Source of the DNA: Octopus vulgaris
Lineage: Eukaryota
Assembly (NCBI GenBank): GCA_951406725.2
Contig: OX597826.1
Coordinates: forward strand, 67,580,001-67,644,000
Length of the DNA: 64,000 bases
Direction of reading: 5' to 3'
Below, piece by piece: positions 39,532 through 53,594 of the stretch. The position numbers and the translations under genes were made by a program. Below the pieces are notes generated by a model that was given only the letters and a program-made list of their open reading frames with translations, searched no databases and was not told the DNA's origin. Each line of letters opens with the position of its first letter. Position 1 is the stretch's first letter.

Positions 39532-40070
39532 CCGAATGAAGAGGATGAATAAGTAACGAATGGAAACTAATACGAATGACAAAAATTCAGGTGAATGTTA
39601 CGCGTAAAATACGATTGAAGATATGAAAAGATATGAAGAAAATATATGGGAAAAATATAAAGAGAAAAATATTTAAAAATGAAAAAATGAAAAAATATAT
39701 ATGAAGGAATTAATTTTTAAATTAATATAATTAGAATTAATATAATAAACTTCATTTAAATTGTAAAAGTTAGAATGTAAAAGAAATATATTTTCCATCT
39801 ACCTCTGGACATCATGGCGCTAAATTGAGCAAGTTCCAATTTACACTGCAAGGCTCTGTGAAAGTATTTATACATATACATACATACTGTTTCATTTAAA
39901 CTATTACATTATCCGCATATTATTGAGAGTATGACAGGAAATAAATGCATCATGGGAACAATTCATCCTTTCTTTAATTTTTATTCACATTTAATTCTTA
40001 ATTAATTATGGCTTAAACTGCAGGGTTCAATGAATTTATTTACACATCTATATGGTTTGATATACCAGAA

Positions 40071-40076
<6 letters not shown>
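39280..40076. repeat. Inverted repeat, about 95-bp arms (39280-39374 and 39983-40076), next to the HHR
   Basis: 'aaatttctggtatgtcaaacc..gccataatt..aagaattaaatgtgaat' versus 'attcacatttaattctt..aattatggc..ggtttgatataccagaaattt'. Confidence 0.85.
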
Positions 40077-40114
<38 letters not shown>

Positions 40115-40371
40115 GTAATCACACACACAAACACGCAGACACATATATATATATATATATATATATTTTACAATATATACAATCGCAATTATAATCAAAG
40201 TAAGTTTGGGCACAGGGCCAGCAATGTTATGGAAGAGATAAGTCGTTGATATCGACCACAGTATTCAACTGATACTTATGGATGTTATCGATCCGTAAGG
40301 GATGAAAAGCATAGACAATCCCGGCAGAATTTGAACATATACATAAAGACGGACGTGTAGTGGATATATAT

Positions 40372-40754
40372 TCTTTTCTACTCTAAGCACAAGGCCCGAA
40401 ATATGGTGGGAGGGGCCAGTCGATTACATCGGCTCCAGTATGCAACTTGAATTCAATTTATCGACTCGGAAAGGATGAAAGGCAAAGTCGGCGTCGGCGG
40501 AATTTGAACTCAGAACGTAAAGACATACGAAATACCTATTTTTTGCTACCCACAGAGAGGACAAACAATGACAGACAAACGGATTAAGTCGATTATATCG
40601 ACCCCAGTGCGTAACTGGTTCTTAATTTATCGACCCCGAAAGGATGAAAGGCAAAGTCAACCTCGGCTGAATTTGAACTCAGAACGTAACGGCAGACGAA
40701 ATACAGCTTAGCATTTCGCCCGGCGTGCTAAGGATTCTGCCAGCTCGCCGCCTT
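40372..40754 (-). mobile_element. SINE family B dimer (tail-2 unit followed by tail-1 unit)
   Basis: Two bodies joined at 'gtgggtagcaaaaaatagg|tatttcgt' on the minus strand. Confidence 0.88.
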
Positions 40755-41829
40755 ATAGTGGAAATATATTCATTCAAATGAGCTTTTACGCAGGAACCAA
40801 CTTAGTATGAACCACTTTAGATACGTCAATATTGTCTCACTATATATTTTCCAGTGCAACATGTTCCAGGTTTGTGGCTACCTATATCGATATTATCCTT
40901 TTTGATTAATTAACTTCAAAATTAGTGATTTCTACTATCTTGTAAGTACGTATTTTCATATGTGCGAAATGGTTGCATCTGAATGTGTGTATGTCATGTC
41001 TACCTCTGTGTATCTGTACAAAGATATGTATGAATGTATGAGAAGATAATTGCTAATACTCGCAAACGAATGTATGGAAGTTAGTACGGAAGCACTTGCA
41101 ATTGCTCATAATATGTATGTAGCTGATACCATATCAGAGTCCTTGAAAATACTCTGCTATTCCTGAAGACAAGCAGAGCGTGAAATACCAGCAACTCATG
41201 CACACTTGTATGTCTGTGATCTTCCTTTTAAACCTTATATCCTCCTCTTCTTACTGACCTTATGTCTATTCATGCTTTACTTATTTATTCATGTTTATTT
41301 TTATATATTTATTAATCGCCTAAATTAATACTATACTGGTCAACTTATCTCTCTTTGGAAATTATCTCTACCTTATTTCCTTTATATTTCCTTCCTTCGA
41401 CACCAGATTCTTTCTCCCACCCCCGCAAAAAAATATTACTTAATATTTTTCTGATTATTTGGCATTTGGCTTTATGTTTTCTTTTCCACTATGTTTATCT
41501 ATTTATTTATTTTGCTGGATTAAGCTATTGTCTTTACCTGTAAAATTGAAGCTAGCAATTGCAAATGTAACGTTTCCATGCAGCCTCAAAAGCGAGTGCG
41601 ATACTAATAGCAACCTATTGCACTTGGTGCCATTTCAAAGAGAAGAATATTCTGGTAAAAATTGCTGAAAATACAAAGCTTCATAGGGAGTTCACAGTTG
41701 GCACCAATGTATAGAACAATACATGTGTTGAGATGAGTATTGTGTCTCTAAGCTGCGGAAAGGAAATGAGACATGACATAGATAACTCAGAGAAAAGAAA
41801 AAAGGATGGTGAAGTGATAATAATAATAA

Positions 41830-41993
41830 TGACTTCAAATTTTGACAGAAAGCTAGCAGTTTCGGAGAGGGGTTAGTCGATTACATCGATTTTAGTACCG
41901 AGAAAAGAAGGATGGAATTTGAACTAAGAACATGAAGACAAACGAAATACTGCCTCCCATTTTACCCGGCGTGCTAATGATTCTGCCAGCTCG
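41830..41993 (-). mobile_element. SINE family B with internal deletion
   Basis: 'ccggcgtgctaatgattctgccagctcg' is the reverse complement of the head. Confidence 0.7.
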
Positions 41994-42032
<39 letters not shown>

Positions 42033-42040
42033 GTAGTAGC

Positions 42041-42080
<40 letters not shown>

Positions 42081-42418
42081 CGTTGCTTTGTCTTGTTATA
42101 AAAGATGGGCTACAGCAAATATTCTGCTCAATACCAGAGATTTGCTTGTCAGTTGGTTGACCTTAACCAGTTGAGCATGTCCCTCAGCGGTTGACAATAT
42201 GTGCATCTCTGATTATGAGCAGAAGTAGTGTGATGGGCTACTCGACCAGAAGAAAAATCTATCTGGGCCCCACCTGCAAGGTCATGCACTGTTTGTCTTG
42301 ATATAAGATCACCATCTAGTGCATCTATGGTTGTGATGCATGTGCCTGGTGTACCCATATCAGACGGGTAGTCATGATGGGTATACTGGGCTTCGTATAT
42401 TTTACCCCAGTGTCACTC

Positions 42419-42421
42419 AAC

Positions 42422-42459
<38 letters not shown>

Positions 42460-42470
42460 TAACAATAACA

Positions 42471-42564
<94 letters not shown>

Positions 42565-42566
42565 TG

Positions 42567-42645
<79 letters not shown>
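42419..42645. repeat. (AAT)n microsatellite
   Basis: Read directly from sequence. Confidence 0.98.
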
Positions 42646-42647
<2 letters not shown>

Positions 42648-42814
42648 TCTCCGGCTGACAACAAGGTATGCGATTAGAAAGGAAGGTATGCGATAAGAAA
42701 GTCGAGAGATATGACAGGTTAGCTTGGGAAGTTAAGCAATTATGGTCGATGAAAAAGGTAGAAGTAGTATCAATAAATGTCGGTGCCCTGGGAACAGTGA
42801 GCAAGAATCTAGAT
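42646..42814 (+). mobile_element. R4/Dong-clade endonuclease fragment
   Basis: SPADNKVCD..KKVERYDRLAWEVKQLWSMKKVEVVSINVGALGTVSKNLD matches 'P.D.....EK..KY..L..E...LW....V.VVP..VGALG.V.K.L'. Confidence 0.85.
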
Positions 42815-43278
42815 ATTTCTTCTTCTTCTTCTTCTTCTTCTTCTTCTTCTTCTTCTTCTTCTTCTTCTTCTTCTTCTTCTTCTTCTTCCTATTATTATTA
42901 TCATTATTATTATTGTTGTTGTTGTTGTTTTTGTTATTATTTTTGTTGTTGTTGTTATTACTATTATTATTATTACCATTATTGTTGTTGCTGTATGCAA
43001 ATATGCCCGCCACATCGCGTTAGCCTTGGTTAGTCTGACATACCATAATAGAACAAAGTGAATGTTATATTTCTCAAAAATACTGTTTTAAAACTATAAA
43101 TTTTCTCCCAAAATCATTCTGACGTAGCTTAATAAAAGGTAAATACGTTACACTATGTTTCAACGATAAGCCCCTTTTCCTAATACACCAAGAAATGTGT
43201 ATAACATCGATTCTTATATTTCCTCTCTAAAATATTTGAAGGATCGTTGTTCTGGTCTTTCAATATTTCATATGTAAA

Positions 43279-44108
43279 AGGCGGCGAGCTTGCAGAAACG
43301 TTAACACGCCGGGCGAAAGGCGTGGCCGTATTTCGTCTGCCGTTACGTTCTGAGTTCAAATTCCACCGAGGTCGACTTTGCCTTTCAGCCCTTCGGGGTC
43401 GATAAATTAAGTACCATTTACGCACTGGGGTCGATATAATCGACGTAATCCGTTTGTCTGTCCTTGTTTGTCCACTCTATGTTTAGCCCCTTGTGGGCAA
43501 TAAAGAAATAAGAAACGTTAGCACGCCGGCCGAAATGCATGGCCGTATTTCGTCTACCGTTACGCTCTGAGATCAAATTCCGCCGAGGTCGACTTTGCCT
43601 TTCATCCCTTCGGGGTCGATAAATTAAGTACCAGTTACGCACTGGATCGATATAATCGACTTAATCCGTTTGTCTTTCCTTGTTTTTCCTCCCTGTGTTT
43701 AGCCTCTTGTGGGTAGTAAAGAAATAGATATTTCGTCTGCCGCTTTGTTCTGAGTTCAAATTCCGCCAAGGTTGACTTTGCCTTTCATCCTATCGGGATC
43801 GATAAATTATGTACCATTTACGCACTGGGGTCGATGTAACCGAATTAATCTCTTTGTCTGTCCTTGTTTGTTCCCTCTATGTTTAGCCCCTTGTGGGTAA
43901 TAAAGAAATAAGAAATGTTAGCACCCTGGGCGAAATGCCTAGCAATGTTTCGTCTGTCTTTACTTTCTGAGTTGAAATTCCGCCGAGGTGGTCTTTGCTT
44001 TTCATCGTTTTAGGGTCGATAAATTAAGTACCAGTTTCGTACTGGGGTCGATCTAATCGACGGGCGTAATCTCTCAAAATTTTGCGCCTTGTGGCTAGAG
44101 TAGGAAAG
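43279..44108 (+). mobile_element. Tandem tetramer of SINE-B units
   Basis: Four bodies of about 190-220 bp; three tail-2 junctions, last unit with tail 1. Confidence 0.92.
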
Positions 44109-44414
44109 CATATTTCATATGTAAGTTATCTGAATTCAACATTTTCATGTTTAACCTTGTCGTGTTCGACCTTAGAACACTAAACCTATATAAAAATGCA
44201 CGTATGTATGCATGTATTCATGTATGTTGTATGTATGTATGTATCGATCAATTTATGTATCCATGTTTTAGGCAGATTATCGTAAATTGAATTTATTCAG
44301 TATGTTAATTTTTTAAAAGGAAGGAGACGGATGTTTGAAAGGCCGTAAATTGCAATCTTGTAACACAACAGCAAACAAGTTTCTGTCGTCGTGATTTTTA
44401 ATACGTTTTAAATT

Positions 44415-44766
44415 CTTTAACTTGCTTCAGTCATTAGACTGCAGCCATACCGTGTCACAGCTGTGAATAACTTTTAATCGCATGACCGACCCAGCTCTTA
44501 TTTTATCAGAAATTTTTGCAGAACCGATAAGTTAAGGGGACATCAACACCGAGTGAGAGGGGACAAACGCGGACATACACATAGACACACAGACACGTAC
44601 GCACACACACACATGTACGACAGTCTTCTTTTAGTCTCCGTCATCCACATTCACTTATAAGGTATTGGTCGGCCGCAGGCTCTTGTAGAAGACATTTCAG
44701 CAAAGTGCCACGCAGTAGAATTTAACCCGGAACCATGTGGTTTGAAAGGAAGCTTATTACAACGCA
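44415..44766 (-). mobile_element. SINE family A, old copy
   Basis: 'cttgcttcagtcattagactgcagccat..gtgccacgcagt..cccggaaccatgtgg'. Confidence 0.75.
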
Positions 44767-45083
44767 AGGACTAATTGAAAATTTTTAATTTAAAGAAGAC
44801 TTTCTTCAATATTGTGATTGTCAAAAATAGTCTGCAAAAACCTTACAAACATATACATATACATGCATACACACACACACACACACATCATATGTATATG
44901 TGTGTATAGGTATGTGTGTGTATTTGTATGTTTATATATATGTATACACCTTACCGACGCTTTTAATTGAATGTATACCCAGACCAAATACTCATATAGA
45001 CAAACGCATACATGCATACGCACACACACATATATGCGTCTGTGTATATATACATCTGTGTGTATACATGCATACATGCATAC

Positions 45084-45127
<44 letters not shown>

Positions 45128-45134
45128 CGTCATG

Positions 45135-45508
45135 ACACTCCGTCGGTTACAACGACGAGGGTTCCGGTTGATCCGATCAACGGAACAGCCTGCTCGTGAA
45201 ATTAACGTGCAAGTTTCTGAGTAGTCCACAGTCACATGTTGCGTTAGCGTAGTTCTTGGAGAGATTCAGCGTGACACAGAGTTTGTCAAGGCTGGCCCTT
45301 TGAAATACATGTTCAACAGAAACAGGAAGAAAGAGCGAGAGAAAGTTGTTGTGAAAGAATACAGCAGGGTTCGCAACCCCACGCCCCTGTCGGAGCCTCG
45401 TCGAACATTTAGGTGTTTTCGCTCAATAAACTCTCTCGACGCCCGGTCTGGGAATCGAAACCGCGATTCCTATGACCGCGTCCGTTGCCCTAACCACTGG
45501 AACATTGC

Positions 45509-45509
<1 letters not shown>
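45135..45509 (-). mobile_element. SINE family C, full length
   Basis: Reverse complement of 59863-60242. Confidence 0.88.
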
Positions 45510-45564
<55 letters not shown>

Positions 45565-46130
45565 TTATATATATATATGTATATACACACATATGTGCGT
45601 ATGTATATAAAGGCGCATCCTCACATACATATTTATTTATAGCAGCACTGTCATACAAATATGCGCGCAAACACACATATACGTACACACACAGACCTAC
45701 GTACACTGACACCTTTTTAGAGATACTCACACACGCACACACACAAACACACACACACACACACATTAACCTACTAATTTTAGTTGTAATGTTTTTAACT
45801 GCCAGCATTCCTGTCATCGCCTCACCCCACGATATACACTGCATGATGTTTGCAATGAAAACCAGATGATTCGGTCTACATGAATATGTTACTGGGGAAG
45901 CTGTAAGCAAATCGGAGCTGACATTACTATTATCCTTGCTATAGTACCTCGTTCCTTTTCAACTCACCAATCCCTAGTGTCTCGTTTACTCGTCTTGGGG
46001 CCCTTCGTAAACGTGGGTGTGTGTGTGGGGGGGGGGGGCGAAGAATGGAGGTTCGCGATTCGGGGATTGCTGGATTTGATGAGATTTGATAGGGTGGAGA
46101 CGGGCGTGGTCGTCACAGTGAAAGTAATTT

Positions 46131-46131
46131 C

Positions 46132-46162
<31 letters not shown>

Positions 46163-46282
46163 GTGGTGGCGGTGGTGGTGGTTGTGGTGGTAGTGATGAT
46201 TATGGTGACGACGACGACGACGATGATGTTGATGATGATGATTGTGACGATGATGATGAAGATAGTGATTATGATGATTGTA

Positions 46283-46339
<57 letters not shown>

Positions 46340-46486
46340 GTGACGATGATGATAATGATAGTAATTATGATGATGATGGTAGTAATGGTGATGACGTTGA
46401 TGATGATGATGAGGATGATGGTGGTAATGATGATGACAATACAGGTGAAGATGATGATGACTATGATGATGATGATGATGATGATG
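46131..46486. repeat. Degenerate (GAT)n microsatellite
   Basis: Read directly from sequence. Confidence 0.97.
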
Positions 46487-46494
46487 AGTGTTAC

Positions 46495-46770
46495 GACGGC
46501 AAATGTTTCCGCCGATTCGAACAACAGAACAGCACAAATCGTCTAATTTGCGTGCAAATACCTGAGTACTCTACGTATTCGCTATCCCTTCGTTCTCACG
46601 AGACACAAGGCTGACTACGTTTGAATAACTGTTAAAACTTTTTATTTTATTTTGCAAGCTGAATGGACTGGAACAACGTGAAATAAAGTGCCTTGCTGAA
46701 GGACTCAAAACGCTGCGCTGTATCGGACTCAAAGCCTTACAAATCTGACCCGCTTACACCAATCACTATA
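46495..46770 (-). mobile_element. SINE family D with family-C-type tail, decayed
   Basis: 'agctgaatggactggaacaacgtgaaataaagtgccttgctgaaggac' is the reverse complement of 50745-50795. Confidence 0.7.
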
Positions 46771-47274
46771 TCATGCACATTCACTATGATGATGACGATG
46801 ATGATGACAACGACGACAACAATGGCAATGTTAATACTGATTTTTGGAGTGGTTTTGCTGTTGTGAGTTATTTCCAATTAGGTTCTTGTTTGCTGCTGAG
46901 GATCTGGTGTTTTGCAGTAGCGAATCACAACGACGCTCGAACAGAGGACTTTCAAATTCACCCACTCTCATACACACACACTTACATACATATATACTTA
47001 TAGATGTACGTGCCTACATGTTTGCATAATATCTATACCCCCCCCACACACACACTCACACACATACATCAAAATATAACTGAAAGGAAGATTAACAGTA
47101 CCAACAGATCATTCAGGATAAAAGCGCTGAATACTGGTTGAAAAAATTGTGGCAGAACAGGAATATATATGTGTGGGTGTAGATATAAATAAATGGAAAA
47201 TATATTAAAATGATTTATTACCTGTGGTTCGCATGCGTAATAAAAGTCATACGGCATGAAATATTTTATATAAG

Positions 47275-47797
47275 AGTGCATAAAGATTTATACAGGGAGA
47301 GAAGATCCTTCATAGGCCTTCTTACAAGCTGAAAAGTGTAGTTAAAAGCCCAAACCCGGTAAAAAGGTATTCGTAAGGTATTCAAAAGTGAATAAAAATT
47401 AGTTAAGCCTATACTCGGGTTTCGATATTAATGACCAGATAAATTAGTTTTGCATATGTAGCCCATGAGTAGGATCACGAAAATATGCATAATTACATAG
47501 CTATAATACGTACCGAAAACACGAAGTAAACAGGTGCGCAGACAGCTCCATCTTTATACATTACGGATTCAAATCTAGTGTTCGAGCGTTGTTAGAATAC
47601 CACAGCAGTAAATGAATTCAACTCTGTACTACACGACCCAAGAATTGAAAAATTTGCTACATAAGTATAGGGGTAAAAAATTATTATTCGTGCCTTAAGA
47701 ATTCCTTCTTTTCGTGGTTTGGGTTTTAACTGCCCGTTTCAGCATGTTAGACGGCCTGTCAACGGTCTTCTCTCCGTGCATAAATCTTTATGCACCC
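47275..47797. mobile_element. MITE-like element with diverged terminal inverted repeats of about 100 bp
   Basis: gtgcataaagatttat.ca.ggagagaaga.. / ..tcttctctccgtgcataaatctttatgcac; no clear target-site duplication. Confidence 0.6.
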
Positions 47798-47798
47798 A

Positions 47799-47871
<73 letters not shown>

Positions 47872-48566
47872 GGAGAATTCACGAAAAAACAAAAGAGAGA
47901 GAGCGCGTGAGAGGAAGAAAGAGAGATAGATATTCAGAAAGATACTTCGCTTACGTATTTCAATTCTAATAACTTGGTGTGGAACTCAATATACGGTGTG
48001 TTTATTGAGTAGATAAGGGTAGTAACAAATCAACGGTTATTTATATGACCATCATTAGCTTCATTAGGCACACAACCATAAAGTGTCACTCAAGCACTCA
48101 ACTACGACTCCACCGCATGTCATATTCGAAACAGCTGTAAGGTAATGATGTTCGCAAGTTAATCGTTTATTTCTTTGTCATATCATTTTTTCTTATATAT
48201 ATATAAAAAATTTAGGGAATGAAGTAGATAAACCTATACTCGAGTTTAATCAAAGTATCCTTGGCTACCCGATTAGCTTGCGGTCTACCCCTTGTTTCGA
48301 TAATTACTATTTCAGCGATTCTGCTAACTATGAAACATATGTACCCTAGATTTTATCTATGCCATTCCCTAATTTCTCGATATTTATTCGCATATACAGC
48401 AACCCTAGTTGCTAATCGTGAACTATAAAATAACTATAAATAACCGATACGGGAGAAACTTCACAACCTTCTTCGCCAATAAAACACTATTGTTCTTGGA
48501 ATGATTTTTTTTATATACCGTACGGAGTGTTTGAAGATCACTATCTTTCTACACCTTGATCTTAAC

Positions 48567-48614
<48 letters not shown>

Positions 48615-48681
48615 CATATATACGTGCACACACATACTTATATAATTTCAGATATTTGTATATATGAAATAATATCAATAC

Positions 48682-48729
<48 letters not shown>

Positions 48730-49649
48730 TTGTGTGTTTGTGTGTGCGTGTGTGTGTGTGTTTGTATGCAATTCTGTGCGTGTGCATGTGTGTGGTTATT
48801 TACTACTGTGTATTGGTATGTTTTTTTTAGTTGTGCGTATTTGTATGTGTGTGTGTATTTATTGACATAAAACATACACTCACCCACATACATATACAAG
48901 CATACAGGTACGCGAACATGCACAAGAAATATGTCTACGTCACATACACACATGCACACACATCAAATAGATCTAAATGTGTACGAGGAATACATATCCA
49001 AGATAGATATTCTTTCTTATTCTTTACTGTTTACTACATAACCAACATCAAAATGACATCACAACTTTGACATACCGTAAAAAAGAAAAGAAAAAAAAAA
49101 CAACAAAAAAAGCAAACAGAAGCCGGAGACAAACAAATATATAAATAACATCACATATGACATCACAAATTTGACATGTCATAAAAACATAAGGCAAAGA
49201 CAAACAAATATATATTATTCCGTGTTTGTTCTTGTTTTGTTCATGAGGGTATACACGAGCGAATTGGAATTTCTATTACATAAGACATACACACATAAAC
49301 ACAGGCACATAGACACATACAGACACACAAACACAAACACATAAGCACACACACGCACACACATGCTTATACTTTATATTCCTTACATGCACCCACCCAC
49401 CCGCAGTTCAATATAAACATAAATAAGCATGTCCCGTTTTACACTCTCCGAACTCCGGCGTCTCCAAGCAAGCAAACGTACGTCCATATTTGAACATGTT
49501 GTTCCTATTGGAATTCTCTTCTATCCTTCAGGATATTTTCCTATATTGGAAAATAGAATCTTTGTTATTTTCGATATTTGCTTCTGTTCTAGCGATTGGT
49601 GCTGTTGTTATTGCTGTCAATAATCTTATTGCTATTGTATTGATGTTAC

Positions 49650-49708
<59 letters not shown>

Positions 49709-50680
49709 TTATTGTTTTCCTCTTCGTCATTAGATAGAATTTTATTTATTCACATGTCAAGTTTGAATTTGTAATGAATTTTTCACTGCACCTCAAGCTC
49801 TCTTTCTCTGTTTCTCTCTTTCTCTATCCCTGCCTTGTTTTCTCATACTTTCTCTCCTCTTTCTCGCAATTCTTTCGCTTTCTCTGTTTCTAGATGTATT
49901 TCTCGTTCTAAGTCTTTCTATAGTTGTCTATCTATGAATTTCATTGTTGTATCCTGATGGATATATTGTTCTGCGTGGCTCAATCTTTATAGTTTCCGCC
50001 CAATAGTTTGTAAAGGAAAACAAGATGCTCCGACACAACAAGTTCACATTAAAACGTTCACATTAAAATTTCAAATTAGATTTTAAGTAAGAAACAAAAA
50101 AAAAAACAAAAAAAAACCAAAACAAAAAAAAAACAATAATAATAATAATAATAAAAATATTACAAAAATATAACAAAAACACAATTCAGAAGCAAACATG
50201 CAAATAAAACCACCGAACGATTGAATACAAAGAAACCAAGGTAAACACAGAAACCAAAATCACAATAACAAAACAATCAACGTTCAAATTTGAGAGAAAT
50301 TTAATTTAAAGGGCAGAAATAAATAAATAAATAAATAAATAAAGAAACAAAAACAAAGTAGAAATGGAATAAATGGAAGCAATATAACATATCACATAAC
50401 AAAATGGCGGATGTCACGCGACTTCGACCACAACAGAGTTTTGAATGCCAACAATTTGAACTGTTTGTATAGTCTAAACGGCAGAATGGCTAAAGTCAAC
50501 AATCACAGGCGCATACGTAGGTGTGTGATTAGAAGATTATATTTCTCATAAATACACTCTTGCCTGTTCAATCCCACAGCGTGGGGAAAATAGGTCTCGA
50601 TTCGTTTCGTGTTTTGTGACTTCTATTTGTTGAACTAAAAATCAAGGAATCTATATATATATATATATATATATTCTGCC

Positions 50681-50940
50681 CGGTGCGTGGCTTAGTGGTT
50701 AGGGCATTCGGCTCACGCTTGAGTTCGATTCCCGGCGACGCGTTGTGTCCTTCAGCAAGATACTTTATTTCACGTTGCTCCAGTCCATTCAGCTGGCAAA
50801 AATGATTTGTACCTGTATTTCAAAGGGCCAGCCTTGTCACGCTGAATCGCCCTGAGAACTATGTTAGGGGTACGCGTGTCTGAAGATTCATCAGTCACTT
50901 TCACGTTAATTTCATGAGCAGGATGTTCCCACGGAGTCCT
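50681..50940 (+). mobile_element. SINE family D (tRNA head, CORE-like body) with family-C-type tail
   Basis: A box 'tggcttagtgg', B box 'gagttcgattc', 'gttgtgtccttcagcaagatacttta', tail 'gtacctgtatttcaaagggccagcc'. Confidence 0.8.
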
Positions 50941-50969
50941 TTCCATTCCATATATATATATATACATAT

Positions 50970-51250
50970 GGAGGCACATGGCCTAGTGGTTAGAACAGCG
51001 GACTCGCGGTCGAAGGTATCGCGATTCCGAATCTCAGACCAGCCGATGTGTGTTTATGAGCGAAAAACCTAAGCCCCAAGCGGCTCCGGCAGAAGGTAAT
51101 GGCGAACTTCTGCAGACTCTTTCGCCACAACTTTCACTCTTTCCTCCTGCATCTTGCAGCTCACCGGCATCCCGTCCAGGTTGGGAACCTATACGCCAAG
51201 GAAACCGGGAAACCGGCCCTTATGAGCCAGGCGTGGCTCGAGAAGGGACA
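50970..51250 (+). mobile_element. SINE family C head with alternative tail
   Basis: Head 'ggaggcacatggcctagtggttagaacagcggactcgcgg'; tail 'ggcatcccgtccagg..ggaaaccggg..atgagccaggc'. Confidence 0.8.
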
Positions 51251-51484
51251 AACTATATACACATATATATATATACCCCGGCAGAATTTGATCATAGATC
51301 TTTAAGACGATCAAAATGGCACTATGCACTTTGACCGGCGTGCAAACGATTCTACCAATTACTTATACATAAATAAATACGTACGTAGATACATGCATAC
51401 TTACATACATACGTGTGTGTGTATACGTAGAGATTTGTATGTTTTGTTTTATGTATGTTTTCTCATGTATATAGTTGCGTATTA

Positions 51485-51574
<90 letters not shown>

Positions 51575-51794
51575 TTAAATGATAATCTTCTGGAATGTGT
51601 TACAAATTTTTACTGTTCCAGTGATTGATTGGATCTGTAGTCTTCGAATCAGCTTTCTCCTGTCTGGCTTTGAGAACCCAGTGCCCCAATAATTACAGGT
51701 ATAAACCTGAATTTGCAATCTAGATAGAGTAATTGCAGACTGCATGTATGTATGGTTGCAGGTATGTATGTATGCATGTAAGTATACATGCATG

Positions 51795-51833
<39 letters not shown>

Positions 51834-51862
51834 ATATGTATGTATATATGTATGTATGTATG

Positions 51863-51955
<93 letters not shown>

Positions 51956-52067
51956 ATTTATATGTATATAATCTCTACTCTGGATTTATATTTGCTCCAT
52001 TACATCGTCTCAATTAAACTATATATTTGTGTGCGTGTGTGAGCGTGTGTGTTTGTGTGTGTGTGTG

Positions 52068-52109
<42 letters not shown>

Positions 52110-52624
52110 TCTGTGTGCATGTGTGTGTATGTGTGTATGTGCTTGATTATGAAGTGATTTATATTCATGTATGTATTCTTGTATACAGAAGGGAAAAGGA
52201 ACACAAATGTGCATTTGATTAAAAATAACGAGTTACATGGAAATTCCATTTTCGCTTAGATTTCATTAATAAGTAAAAGAAATTCGTCTGTTGGAAACTT
52301 GTATGTAAAGACGTTGTTGCCTATAAACTACGCTAAAGTACCAAATCAATAAGTGTTCGTGTTATAACAGAACATACGGTCACGAGTTCTAAACGGTTGC
52401 TTTTATAGTTGGTGTTGCGCATTCTATTAATGTTGCTTTTTAACTCTAGATCAACCATAATCGATCAGACAAATTATATTCAAATTATATTGCCAACATA
52501 CTTTATTGCGCCCATACAGTTCTCAGACAGTTTAGCAAAAAAAATTTAGAGAGAGTTCGCTATTATTTCCAGCAACTTAATTAACCACATATAGGTGAAT
52601 TTGTTGAATGCTTTCAGATTGCTT

Positions 52625-52880
52625 TCTGGCAGAACCGTTAGCACGCCGGACGAAATCCTTAGCGGCATTTCGCCCGTTTCCACGTTCTGAGTTCAAATTC
52701 CGCCGATATCGGCTTTGCCATTTATCATTTCTGAGAAGATAAGTACCAGTTACACACTGGGGTAGACTCTCCCATCGATCCGTTCGGGGTCAATGAAGTA
52801 AGTACCAGTTAAGCACTGGGGTCGATGCAATCGACTAGGCGCCCCCCTCTACTTTAGGCCTTGTGCTTATAGTAGAAAGC
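52625..52880 (+). mobile_element. SINE family B with partial internal duplication
   Basis: 'aagtaccagtta..cactgggg' occurs twice; tail 1. Confidence 0.78.
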
Positions 52881-52953
52881 TTCCTATATATTGTGGGTGT
52901 CTGTATTTCTATCAGTCTGCCTCTCTCTCTTTTTAACCTCTCTCTCCTTCTCT

Positions 52954-53070
<117 letters not shown>

Positions 53071-53284
53071 CAACAATTGAGGGTAAAATTAATTAATTAT
53101 TAATTAATTTCACCAAGTGTTCAGTATGCAAAGGGACCATTTAAGGCGAATTCAAATTATTACAATATATAAAAGGGCTTATTTCTAATGAGTTCAGTAT
53201 GCGGCAAAGTAAATATATATATATATATATATATAGCATCTAGTAGGAGATCTAGTCCCGCTATAGATGGTCTAGTCCGAATAT

Positions 53285-53594
53285 CCCCGTGATCACCGTG
53301 ATCGACCAGGCTATCAGATGTTGCTACACATCGCTGGTCACAATGCGCTTCGCATTGTTTTAGCCTTCAAATGACGCCACCCCGCTGGCTAAGCGAGCCG
53401 GCCAACAGAAGAAAGAGTGAGAGAAAGTTGTAGCGAAAGAGTGCAGGAGGGATCACCACCATCCCCTGCCGGAGCCTCGTCGAGCTTTGGGTGTCTTCGC
53501 TCAATAAACACTCACAACGCCTGGTCTGGGAATCGAAACCGCGATTCTATGACCGCGTGTCCGCTGCCCTAACCACTGGGCCATTGCGCCTCCA
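53285..53594 (-). mobile_element. SINE family C head with a third tail type; 11-bp target-site duplication
   Basis: 'agtccgaatat' flanks both ends (about 53274 and 53596). Confidence 0.88.

Noticed and set aside
43279-44108. Regularly spaced repeats suggestive of a CRISPR array
   Set aside because: Units are about 200-bp SINE bodies without unique spacers; no cas genes; eukaryotic context.
48205-48378. Short inverted repeat enclosing GAAACATATGTA (palindromic stem III-like)
   Set aside because: No correctly placed CUGANGA or stem I; too decayed to call.
50399-50475. YY1-like AAAATGGCGG with a short ORF
   Set aside because: A single motif with a 23-codon ORF and no other promoter or exon support.
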